From assembly GCA_050692015.1 (NCBI GenBank), contig JBOGTE010000001.1, positions 1 to 52,092 of the forward strand: a DNA stretch of 52,092 nucleotides, given 5' to 3'. This document shows, in pieces, positions 44,170 to 52,092 of the stretch. Under the pieces are notes generated by a model that saw only the letters and a list, made by a program, of their open reading frames with translations, did no database searches and was not told the origin of the DNA. The first letter of the stretch is position 1; every line of letters begins with the position of its first letter. The DNA is from Candidatus Limnocylindria bacterium (GTDB lineage: Bacteria > Chloroflexota > Limnocylindria > P2-11E). Position numbers and translations under genes: made by a program.

Positions 44170-44595
44170 CTAAGCGGTCAGACGCATGAGCGGGGCCTCG
44201 AGCATCAGCCGGAGCGATCTATCGAATGGGTTGAACACAAGGCCCAGGTTCTCGAGGGTCACGAGGCCAAGGAGGGCGACGTCCCCGGGTTGACCGAGGA
44301 TCACGGGTGAGTGGCCGCGCGGTCGCTCGCCATCGATCTCCGGAAGCTCGATCAGACACTCGGAGATGGACCGCTCGATCCTGGTTCCGTCAGCAAGATG
44401 GAACCCGCGAACACGGGTCGGCTCGAGATGCAGCGCCTGCCACACCTCGTACGGCAGGAGCGAGTACTGAGCGCCTGTGTCGATCAGGAGCTCCAGCGAC
44501 GCCCGCTCCCCGGTCGGCCCCGTCACGACGCCATCGATGTATGTGAGACCCACACGGCGGTGATCGTCACGACTTTGCCTGTGTTCGGTGCTCAC
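44170..44595 (-). CDS. Retropepsin-like (clan AA) aspartic protease, copy 2
   Basis: LELLIDTGAQYSLLP (D-T-G) and PVILGQPGDVALLGLVTLENLGLVFNP. It starts 26 nt after the pyrD stop. Confidence 0.7.
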   Translation of the reverse strand: MSTEHRQSRDDHRRVGLTYIDGVVTGPTGERASLELLIDTGAQYSLLPYEVWQALHLEPTRVRGFHLADGTRIERSISECLIELPEIDGERPRGHSPVILGQPGDVALLGLVTLENLGLVFNPFDRSLRLMLEAPLMRLTA

Positions 44596-44621
44596 GCTGG
44601 CGAGGATAGATCGCGAGCGAG

Positions 44622-45917
44622 TCAGTCGCGATACTCTGTCTCCGCCGGCGGCGGAGCTTCGCGCGCAGGAAGCGCCGCGCCGACGATCTCGCGGATCGAG
44701 GCCAGGCCGTTAGACCGGACGTACTCCGCGAGACCCTCCACGACCTTGATCGGCGCGAGGGGGTCGGCAAAGGTCGCGGTCCCGACCTGGACCGCGGACG
44801 CGCCGGCCATCAGGAACTCGAGCGCGTCCTCGGCGCTGGTCACGCCGCCAGCTCCGATGACCGGAATGGAGACCGCGCGGCAGACCTGATACGTGATGTG
44901 GACCGCGATGGGCCGGATCGCCGGCCCGGACAGGCCGCCGCTGCCGGTGCCCAGGACCGGCCGCCGCTTCTTCGTGTCGATCTTCATGCCCAGGACGGTG
45001 TTGATGGCGGTCAGGCCGTCGGCGCCGGCCTCCTCGCAGGCCAGAGCCACGGCGACGACGTCCGGCGCGTTCGGAGTGAGCTTCACGATCACCGGCTTGC
45101 CGGTCTCGGCCTTAACGGCTCGCGTGACCTCGGCCGCGAGCGCCGGGTCGCAGCCGAAGAGCGTCCCGCCCTCCACGTTCGGGCACGAGACGTTCAGCTC
45201 GTACGCGACCACGCCGGGCGTTCCCTCCAGCTCGCGGACCACGAAGACGTAGTCGTCCACGGTGTATCCGGCGACGTTCACGATCAGCGGCACGCCGAGC
45301 GCCGCCCAGGCCTTCCCGTACTTCTTGGCCACGCCTGCGGCGCCCGGGTTCTCGAGGCCGATGGAGTTGAGGATCCCCGAGGGCGTTTCGGCGATCCGGT
45401 ACTGCGGGTTGCCGGGCCGGCCGCGCGGCGTCGTGCCCTTGTTGACGATCGCCCCGAGGCGGGCGACGTCGATGACCTCGGCGTACTCGGTGCCCTGGCC
45501 GAACGTGCCGGACGCGGTCATGACGGGGTTCCGGAGCCGAAGCCCGCGCGCGGCTTCGACCTCCAGGTCCACGCCCGCCTCGGGCGGCACGAACGCGGGC
45601 TCCGGCTGGCCCTCGGTGCGCTCCTCCCTGGCGGTGGCACGGGTCGTGCGAGCGCGGGGCGCGACGGGCGCTTCCGAGATCGCGGGAAGCTCCGCGCCGG
45701 CGACGGCCGCGCTCAGCTTCATCGCGAGCTCGGATGGCGTCCGTGTCTCGTCCGGCTCCCCCGTGGCGGCCTCCGCGATGCTTGCACCGTCGATGTCGGC
45801 CAGCTCCGTCAGGTCCTCCTCCTCTTCGCCCTCGGACGCGCGCTCCAGCGACTCCTCGACACTGCGGCTCACGTCCACCGGCCGCTCGACACGCTTGCGC
45901 GGCCTTCGCCAGGGCAC
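44622..45917 (-). CDS. pyrD: Dihydroorotate dehydrogenase (class 1B) catalytic subunit with a possible 115-aa acidic N-terminal extension
   Basis: The core starts at GTG 45572 (VDLEVEAARGLRLRNPVMTASGTFG...NVSCPN...GLSGPAIRPIA). The frame stays open and coding-like (about 90% of codons end in G or C (GC3), by my count) up to GTG 45917, which overlaps the pyrK stop by 1 nt. Confidence 0.9.
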   Translation of the reverse strand: MPWRRPRKRVERPVDVSRSVEESLERASEGEEEEDLTELADIDGASIAEAATGEPDETRTPSELAMKLSAAVAGAELPAISEAPVAPRARTTRATAREERTEGQPEPAFVPPEAGVDLEVEAARGLRLRNPVMTASGTFGQGTEYAEVIDVARLGAIVNKGTTPRGRPGNPQYRIAETPSGILNSIGLENPGAAGVAKKYGKAWAALGVPLIVNVAGYTVDDYVFVVRELEGTPGVVAYELNVSCPNVEGGTLFGCDPALAAEVTRAVKAETGKPVIVKLTPNAPDVVAVALACEEAGADGLTAINTVLGMKIDTKKRRPVLGTGSGGLSGPAIRPIAVHITYQVCRAVSIPVIGAGGVTSAEDALEFLMAGASAVQVGTATFADPLAPIKVVEGLAEYVRSNGLASIREIVGAALPAREAPPPAETEYRD

Positions 45918-46741
45918 TAGACGCCCACCGTGGCGGGTTCGCCGCCCTCGAAGCGGACGTCGCCGAGCGCGAAGACCGGTCCCTCGCGGCAGACCCGCGC
46001 GTTGCCGGCGTCGGTGACGATCACGCAGGCGCGGCACACGCCCATGGCGCAGCCCATGTGCTGCTCCACGGCGATCTGCGCGTCCATCAGGAGGTCCTTG
46101 CCGGGCGTGAGCGAGGTCGCGCGCGCGGCTTCGTCCCGCAGGCGGCCGATCGCCGCGAGCATCGGCCACGGCCCACAGGCACAGAGCTGGTCGGCCCAGG
46201 CCAGGTACTCGGGCAGCGCCGCGGTCACGCGCCCGTGGATCCCGAAGGAACCGTCCTCCGTCGTCGTGACGTACTCGACCGCCGCGGGGAGCCGGTGCGC
46301 CGGCCAGAGGTAGTGGATGGACCGCCCGCCCATGATCAGCGTCACGTTCCGCTTCGCGGACTCCTCCTCGGCCAGTACCTTCATCGGCGCGATGCCCGTG
46401 CCGCCCGCTACCAGCAGCAGGTTGGCCGCGCTCCGGCGGATCACGAAGGCCGTCCCCAGCGGGCCGAGCAGGTCGAGCGCGTCGCCCGGGCGGCGCTGGG
46501 CGATCCACTCTCCGCCGGCGCCGAGCGGCTTCACGATGAGCTCGATCTCGCCCGCCCGGCGGTCGATGCCGTTGAAGGAGTAGGGCCGCCGCAGCAGCGG
46601 GTCGAAGCGCTCACCCGGCCGCACGTGCACGAACTGGCCGGCATGGGCGCGAGCGGCGATCCCGGGGGCCGACACGACGACGACGGTGCCCAGGTCGGCG
46701 ATGCGCTCGCTGGATACGACGCGGCCGCTCTCGAGGATCAC
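45917..46741 (-). CDS. pyrK: Dihydroorotate dehydrogenase electron-transfer subunit (FAD / 2Fe-2S)
   Basis: RRPYSF (FAD-binding RxYS), [11 protein letters not shown], and the C-terminal Cys cluster CGP...C.MG.C..C. The GTG at 46741 overlaps the carB stop. Confidence 0.9.
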   Translation of the reverse strand: MILESGRVVSSERIADLGTVVVVSAPGIAARAHAGQFVHVRPGERFDPLLRRPYSFNGIDRRAGEIELIVKPLGAGGEWIAQRRPGDALDLLGPLGTAFVIRRSAANLLLVAGGTGIAPMKVLAEEESAKRNVTLIMGGRSIHYLWPAHRLPAAVEYVTTTEDGSFGIHGRVTAALPEYLAWADQLCACGPWPMLAAIGRLRDEAARATSLTPGKDLLMDAQIAVEQHMGCAMGVCRACVIVTDAGNARVCREGPVFALGDVRFEGGEPATVGV

Positions 46742-49700
46742 GTTGGCAGCTGACCCGCGAGCAGCGGGTCCGGGACCAGAGGGTCCGCGCCCGCGGCGAC
46801 CGGCTCCGCGGTCCCGGTCGTGGTCGCGGCGCGGTACGCGGCGAGCGGAGCGACGTCGTACACGAGGGCGCTCGCCCGGAGCGCCGTGACCACGGCCAGC
46901 GCGGTGTCGAGCGACGTGAGGCACGGGACGCGCGACTCGACGGCGGCGCGGCGGATGAGGAAGCCGTCGCGGTCCACGGTCCGCCCCAGCGTCGGGGTGT
47001 TGATCACCGCCGCGCACCCGCCGGAGCGGATCAAGCGGAGGATGGTCTGGTCGCCGTCCGCCAGCTTCGGGACCTCGGTGACCTCGACGCCCAGCGAGCG
47101 GGCCAGGCGCGCCGTCCCGCTGGTCGCCGCGATCTCGTATCCCAGCCAGCGCAGGCCCTCGATGATCGTCGCCGCCTCGGGCTTGTCCTTGTCGGCGACG
47201 GTGACGAGGACCGTCCCGCTGGGCGGCGGGGCCATGCCCGCGCCGACGAGCGCCTTCCAGATCGCGGGCGGGAACGAGCGGTCGATGCCCATGACCTCGC
47301 CGGTGCTCTTCATCTCGGGGCCGAGGTAGGTATCGACGTCCAGCAGCTTGGCCATCGAGAAGACCGGGGCCTTGACCGCCACGAGGTCGCCCACCGGCCA
47401 GATGCCGTCGTCGCGCGCGTAGCCCTCCGCCGCCAGCGTCGATCCGAGTCCGATCGCGACCGCGAGGCGCACCAGCGGCACGCCCGTCACCTTCGTCAGG
47501 AAGGGCACGGTGCGGCTGGCGCGCGGGTTCACCTCGAGCACCCAGACCCGGCCCTCCTCGACTATGAACTGGATGTTGAGCAGGCCCTTCACCGGCAGCG
47601 CCTCGGCGACCCGGCGCGTCAGCGCCACGATCCCGCGCCGCTCCTCGGGCAGCAGCTCCTGCGCCGGGTAGACGGCGTACGAGTCGCCCGAGTGCACGCC
47701 GGCCCGCTCGATGTGCTCCATGATCCCCGCGACGAGCGTGTCGGTACCGTCCGAGACGGCATCGACCTCGACCTCGCGGCCGCGCACGTACTTGTCCACG
47801 AGCACGCGGCCGGTGCCCGCCTCCAGCGCCGTGGCGAAGTAGCCCTCCAGGTCCTCGCGCGCGTAGGCGATCTCCATGCCCCGCCCGCCCAGGACGAACG
47901 ACGGGCGCACCAGGACCGGGAAGCCGACGCGCTCCGCGATGGCCAGCGCCTCGGCCTGGGAGTTGGCGGTGCCTCCGGGCGGCTGCGGGATGCCGAGCGC
48001 GTCCGCGAGCTCGTGGAAGCGGCGGCGGTCCTCGGCCAACCCGATGGCGTCGGCCGTCGTCCCGGCGATGCGCCCGCCCGTCGCCTCGATGCGGTCCGCC
48101 AGGTTGAGCGCGGTCTGCCCGCCGAACTGGACGAAAACGGGCACGTTCGGGGGGTCGGCGATCGTGGGGGGTTGGCGGGGGGCTTGCCCCCCGCCTAGGG
48201 CGGCGGAGCCCCGTTCGTTGCGGATCACCTCCGCCACCGACTCCTCGTCGAGCGGCTCGAAGTACAGGCGCGACGAGGCGTCGAAGTCCGTGGAGACGGT
48301 CTCGGGGTTGCTATTGATCATGATCGAGGCCACCCGAGACGCCGCGAGCGACCCCGCGGCCTGGACGCAGCAGCAGTCGAACTCGATGCCCTGTCCGATG
48401 CGGATGGGTCCGGACCCGAGCACGATCGCCTTGGGACCGGGCAGCGGCGCGGCCTCGTTCTCCCGCTCGTATGTCGAGTAGAAGTAAGGCGTGACCGCCT
48501 CGAACTCCGCGGCGCAGGTGTCCACCATCTTGTAGACGGGCACGATCCCCCACTGCTCGCGCAGGCTGCGCACGTCCGCGGGGGCGATCCCCGTGAGCGT
48601 GCCGATGTCGGCGTCCGAGTAGCCCAGACGCTTGGCGCGCCCCAGGAGCGCCGGGGTGGGGTTCGCGGACCGCAGCTCGGTGTCGGCGAACCGGACGACG
48701 CTCCGGAGGCGCTCCAGGAACCAGCGGTCGATCCCCGTCGCCGAGTGGACGCGCTCGACCTCGGCGCCGCGGCGCAACGCCCCGAACATGCGCCAGAGGC
48801 GCTCGTCCGTGGGCGGCGACTGGAGCAGCCGGACCACGAAGTCGCTCGGGTCCTGCAGACCCTGCCACTCGGGGTCCTCCCACAGGAGGCCGCGCCCCTT
48901 CAGCTCCAGGGACCGCAGCGCCTTGAGCATCGCCGCCTCGAAGGTCCGGTCGATGGCCATGACCTCGCCCGTCGCCTTCATCTGCGTGCCGACGCGCCGG
49001 TCCGCGCCGGGGAACTTGTCGAACGGCCAGCGCGGGATCTTGACCACGACGTAGTCGAGGGTGGGCTCGAACGCCGCGGTCGTGCGCCGCGTCACGGCGT
49101 TCGCGATCTCGTGCAGCCGGCGGCCCACGGCGATCTTGGCCGCGACCCGCGCGATCGGGTACCCCGTGGCCTTCGACGCCAGCGCCGAGGACCGCGAGAC
49201 GCGCGGGTTGACCTCGATGACGTAGTAGGGGACGCGACCGTCGGCGTGGTCGGCGGGGGTGCGGTCCGGGTGCAGCGCGAACTGCACGTTGCAGCCGCCC
49301 TCGATCCCGAGCGCGCGGATGATGCGCAGCGACGCGGAGCGCAGCTGCTGGTACTCCTTGTCGGACAGGGTCTGCGACGGCGCGACCACGATGGAATCGC
49401 CGGTGTGGATGCCCATCGGGTCGATGTTCTCCATGTTGCAGACGGTGATGCAGGTGTCCGCGCCGTCGCGCATGACCTCGTACTCGATCTCCTTCCAGCC
49501 GGTGAGGCTGCGCTCCACGAGGACCTGGCCTATGGGCGACGCCGCGATCCCGAACCGCACGCGGGCCACCATCTCGTCGCCGTCTCGCGCGAAGCCGCCG
49601 CCGGTGCCGCCGAGGGTGTAGGCCGGACGGATCACCAGCGGGTAGCCGATGCGTTCCGCGAGCGCCAGCGCCGCCTCGACGCTGTCCGCGGTCACCGACT

Positions 49701-50112
49701 CAGGCACGGGCTCGCCGATCGAGACCAGCAGCTGCTTGAACGCCTCCCGGTCCTCGGCCTGCTTGATGGACGCGATGGGGGTGCCCAGCATCCGCACGCC
49801 GTACCGATCCAGCACGCCGCCGTCATGGAGCGCCACCGCGAGGTTGAGTCCCGTCTGTCCGCCGAGCGTCGGCAGGATCGCGGCCGGCCGCTCCTTGGCG
49901 ATGATCCGCTCCAGCACCTCCGGCACCAGCGGCTCGATGTACGTGACGTCGGCGACGCCGGGGTCGGTCATGATCGTCGCCGGGTTCGAGTTCACCAGGA
50001 CCGTCTCGACGCCCTCCTCGCGCAGCGCCCGGCAGGCCTGGGTCCCCGCGTAGTCGAACTCGGCCGCCTGCCCGATGAGGATCGGCCCCGAGCCGATCAG
50101 GAGCACCTTCAT
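46738..50112 (-). CDS. carB: Carbamoyl-phosphate synthase large subunit
   Basis: [25 protein letters not shown], duplicated ATP-grasp halves (..[17 protein letters not shown]..) and a C-terminal MGS-like domain. I take ATG 50112 as the start, with AAGAGGA 7 nt upstream. Confidence 0.97.
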   Translation of the reverse strand: MKVLLIGSGPILIGQAAEFDYAGTQACRALREEGVETVLVNSNPATIMTDPGVADVTYIEPLVPEVLERIIAKERPAAILPTLGGQTGLNLAVALHDGGVLDRYGVRMLGTPIASIKQAEDREAFKQLLVSIGEPVPESVTADSVEAALALAERIGYPLVIRPAYTLGGTGGGFARDGDEMVARVRFGIAASPIGQVLVERSLTGWKEIEYEVMRDGADTCITVCNMENIDPMGIHTGDSIVVAPSQTLSDKEYQQLRSASLRIIRALGIEGGCNVQFALHPDRTPADHADGRVPYYVIEVNPRVSRSSALASKATGYPIARVAAKIAVGRRLHEIANAVTRRTTAAFEPTLDYVVVKIPRWPFDKFPGADRRVGTQMKATGEVMAIDRTFEAAMLKALRSLELKGRGLLWEDPEWQGLQDPSDFVVRLLQSPPTDERLWRMFGALRRGAEVERVHSATGIDRWFLERLRSVVRFADTELRSANPTPALLGRAKRLGYSDADIGTLTGIAPADVRSLREQWGIVPVYKMVDTCAAEFEAVTPYFYSTYERENEAAPLPGPKAIVLGSGPIRIGQGIEFDCCCVQAAGSLAASRVASIMINSNPETVSTDFDASSRLYFEPLDEESVAEVIRNERGSAALGGGQAPRQPPTIADPPNVPVFVQFGGQTALNLADRIEATGGRIAGTTADAIGLAEDRRRFHELADALGIPQPPGGTANSQAEALAIAERVGFPVLVRPSFVLGGRGMEIAYAREDLEGYFATALEAGTGRVLVDKYVRGREVEVDAVSDGTDTLVAGIMEHIERAGVHSGDSYAVYPAQELLPEERRGIVALTRRVAEALPVKGLLNIQFIVEEGRVWVLEVNPRASRTVPFLTKVTGVPLVRLAVAIGLGSTLAAEGYARDDGIWPVGDLVAVKAPVFSMAKLLDVDTYLGPEMKSTGEVMGIDRSFPPAIWKALVGAGMAPPPSGTVLVTVADKDKPEAATIIEGLRWLGYEIAATSGTARLARSLGVEVTEVPKLADGDQTILRLIRSGGCAAVINTPTLGRTVDRDGFLIRRAAVESRVPCLTSLDTALAVVTALRASALVYDVAPLAAYRAATTTGTAEPVAAGADPLVPDPLLAGQLPT
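48174..48195. other. Perfect 9-bp GC hairpin (GGCGGGGGG-CTTG-CCCCCCGCC) inside an extra in-frame segment of carB
   Basis: Read directly from the sequence. It is flanked by further G6 runs at 48149-48154 and 48166-48171. Confidence 0.6.
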
Positions 50113-50332
50113 CCGGCATCCTCTTCGAGACGCGCCGCGGGTGACGCGGCGAGCAGGGATGGCGTGCGACGGGGAGTGGAGGGGCCCCGCCAGCGCAAGG
50201 TGGCAACGACCAAAGCCATCAGGCGGGGAGGCCAAACCCGGAGCGCGCCGCCCTCGAGCCGCGGCAGGACCCGCGGCGCGTCGTCCCGAAAGCGTGGCGC
50301 CGGTTCGCCCCGTCGGGTACCGCGGCGCGCCG

Positions 50333-51454
50333 TCATAAGTGAGCCTCTCGAACGGCCGAGATGAACTCGTCGAAGACGTACTCGTTGTCGTGCGGACCCG
50401 GCGCGCCCTCGGGGTGGTACTGGTACGTGCGGATCGGCAGCGTGCGGTGCCGCAGGCCCTCCACCGACCCGTCGTTCAGGTTCCGGCTCGAGACGAAGAA
50501 GCCGCTCGCCTCGGGGATCGTGCCCTCGTCCACCTGGAACTCGTGGTTCTGGCTGGTGATCACCACGCGCCCGGTCGCCGTGTCCTGCACCGGGTGGTTG
50601 CTGCCGTGGTGGCCGAACCGCAGGCGAGAGGTGGAGGCGCCGATGGCGCGGCCCAGGAGCTGGTGGCCGAGGCAGATGCCCAGGATCGGCAAAGGTCTTG
50701 TAGACCCTCGCTGCAGCGCAGCATCGAGCAGGATCTTCACGGAGGCGCTCACCTGCGGGATGGCCGCCGGGTCGCCCGGGCCGTTCGTGATCACGATGCC
50801 CTCGGGCGCCCACGAGAGCACGTCGCGCGCGCTCGAGGCCGCCGGGAAGACCTTCACGCAGGCGCCGCGCCGCACCAGCTCGCGGACCTGGTTCTCCTTG
50901 ATCCCGGTGTCGATCACGGCCACCTTCACCCCGGAGCCCGCCTGGCGCGCCTCGCCGCCGGCCTCGCGGACCAGCGGCCTCTGCGCGAGGGGCGGCGAGG
51001 TGCGCGCCTTCGACACCGCCTCCTGGCCCACTTCGTCGCTGCCCGCGAGGTGCGGCGGGACCTGGACGATCGCGGCGCGCAGGGTGCCGGCGGACCGCAG
51101 GCGCCGGACCAGGGCGCGCGTGTCGATCCCCGAGAGGCCCGGGACGCCGTGCGCTCGCAGGTAAGCATCGAGGTCGGCCATGCCGCGCTCGGTGGTCTGC
51201 AGCTGGCGCACGACCAGCGCCTCCACCCACGGCCGGCGCGACTCGGCGGAGAGGTCAAAGGTCCCGTAGTTGCCGATCAGCGGGTAGGTCATGACGACGA
51301 TCTGGCCGTTGTAGGAGGCGTCGGAGCAGACCTCCTGGTACCCGGTCATCGCGGTGTTGAACACGACCTCGCCGGCGGCGGCCGAGGCGTCGCCGAAGGC
51401 CTCGCCCCACCAGGTCGAGCCGTCCTCGAGGCCCAGCACCGCGGCCCTGTTCAT
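50333..51454 (-). CDS. carA: Carbamoyl-phosphate synthase small (glutaminase) subunit
   Basis: [11 protein letters not shown]...[18 protein letters not shown] (catalytic Cys), and HHGSNHPV. I take ATG 51454 as the start. Confidence 0.95.
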   Translation of the reverse strand: MNRAAVLGLEDGSTWWGEAFGDASAAAGEVVFNTAMTGYQEVCSDASYNGQIVVMTYPLIGNYGTFDLSAESRRPWVEALVVRQLQTTERGMADLDAYLRAHGVPGLSGIDTRALVRRLRSAGTLRAAIVQVPPHLAGSDEVGQEAVSKARTSPPLAQRPLVREAGGEARQAGSGVKVAVIDTGIKENQVRELVRRGACVKVFPAASSARDVLSWAPEGIVITNGPGDPAAIPQVSASVKILLDAALQRGSTRPLPILGICLGHQLLGRAIGASTSRLRFGHHGSNHPVQDTATGRVVITSQNHEFQVDEGTIPEASGFFVSSRNLNDGSVEGLRHRTLPIRTYQYHPEGAPGPHDNEYVFDEFISAVREAHL

Positions 51455-51497
51455 AGGTGCATAACTATACGTGCTACCCGCATAAAGATGCATCTGG
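51455..51497 (-). promoter_or_regulatory. AT-rich island upstream of carA with a TATAGT -10-like box 9 nt before the ATG
   Basis: The minus strand reads ccagatgcatctttatgcgggtagcacgTATAGTtatgcacctATG. At ~45% GC (by my count) it is well below the ~70% GC background, in the 92-nt pyrC-carA gap. Confidence 0.25.
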
Positions 51498-51546
51498 CGC
51501 TCCCGGAGCAGCGCGCGCTCGGCGGCCCGCGACCGCTTCGGCACGC

Positions 51547-52092
51547 TCAGGCCACCCGCTCGGGCTGCGGCCGGCCTCGCCGCCGCAGCGCCTCGTCCAG
51601 GTAACGCGTCTCCCCCTCCACGACCGCCATCACCACCCTGCCCCGCAGCCGGAGGCCCAGGAGCGGCGTGTTCTTGCCCTTCGAGACCAGTACCTCCGGC
51701 CTGACCTCCCACTCGAGCGCGGGGTCCACGACCACGAGGTCCGACGCCCCCGCGCGTTGGCCCAGAACGCGCGCCGGGCCGCCCGTCAGCGCTCGGACCA
51801 CGGTGGCGAGGTCACCCATCCCGGCCTCTACCGCCATGAGCAGCACGGCGAGCGCGGTCTCGAGGCCGCTGATGCCGAACGCCGCCTCGGCGTACTCCAC
51901 GTCCTTCCGGACCGACGCGTGCGGGGCGTGGTCGGTCGCGATGGCGTCAACCGTGCCGTCGGCCAGGCCGGCCCAGAGCGCGCGCACGTCCGCCTCGGTG
52001 CGGAGAGGCGGGTTCACCTTCGTGGAGGAGTCGTAGGGCGAAGCGCGGCGTTCCGTCTCCTCCCAGATGAAGCGGCGCGATCCGGCGACCCA
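51547..52092 (-). CDS. pyrC: Dihydroorotase, C-terminal part; the gene continues beyond the right edge
   Basis: ..YDSSTKVNPPLRTEADVRALW.GLADGTVDAIATDHAPH......E...A.FG.SGLET. The frame is open to the window end. Confidence 0.9.
   Translation of the reverse strand, partial: WVAGSRRFIWEETERRASPYDSSTKVNPPLRTEADVRALWAGLADGTVDAIATDHAPHASVRKDVEYAEAAFGISGLETALAVLLMAVEAGMGDLATVVRALTGGPARVLGQRAGASDLVVVDPALEWEVRPEVLVSKGKNTPLLGLRLRGRVVMAVVEGETRYLDEALRRRGRPQPERVA

Noticed and set aside
50113-50235. 41-codon N-terminal extension of the carB ORF ([17 protein letters not shown]...)
   Set aside because: It does not resemble any CarB N-terminus. A good ribosome-binding site (AAGAGGA) precedes ATG 50112, which gives the canonical [10 protein letters not shown] start.
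50109-50336. 75-codon ORF exactly bridging the carA stop and the carB start
   Set aside because: By my count only about 77% of its codons end in G or C, well below the real genes here. The peptide is Arg/Pro-rich with no motif, and the start/stop overlaps can arise by chance given the ATGA contexts. It is discussed under the spacer finding rather than called as a gene.

Overview
High-GC (~70%) bacterial chromosome segment, probably Actinomycetota- or Chloroflexota-like, with dense coding and many 4-nt start/stop overlaps (GTGA, ATGA, TTGA). I found no rRNA, CRISPR array, transposase or integrase. Layout from left to right: (1) 1-11.8 kb is a metal/thiol-redox island. It holds an ArsR-type regulator with a MerT-like transporter, csoR-copA-copZ, a YHS protein, Met-rich proteins, a BlaI/BlaR1-like pair, three CcdA/DsbD-superfamily membrane proteins and five thioredoxin-fold proteins. 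(2) 11.9-14.0 kb is a zone of gene decay: ccmF with an internal deletion, frameshifted ccmG, truncated ccmH, and a second Met-rich protein next to a truncated BlaI-like gene that abuts a 3'-truncated cyclase-ATPase-TPR gene. (3) 16.7-23.5 kb holds a cNMP-binding protein, GNAT plus N-acylamino-acid racemase/OSBS, katG flanked by an aquaporin and a lamin-tail-domain protein, and two divergent cupredoxin lipoproteins. (4) 23.5-24.9 kb is a low-GC islet next to tRNA-Lys(UUU). (5) 25-29.4 kb is housekeeping, including pyrE. (6) 29.4-44.6 kb is bracketed by two paralogous retropepsin-like genes. It contains QueA-like plus SDR, a GAF-LuxR regulator, eda, an orphan ABC permease, and a purine-degradation pathway: add, three-subunit xanthine dehydrogenase, purine deaminase, allantoinase, HIU hydrolase, OHCU decarboxylase and the membrane cytochrome c urate oxidase PuuD. 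(7) 44.6-52.1 kb is pyrC-carA-carB-pyrK-pyrD. The most interesting signals are the retropepsin-bracketed block that separates pyrD from pyrE, the decayed ccmFGH remnant, the repeated Met-rich-module plus BlaI-like pairing, the GAF-(dead DHp)-LuxR regulator, and an in-frame hairpin/G-run insertion in carB. All calls come from reading the translations and sequence by eye; no database search was run.
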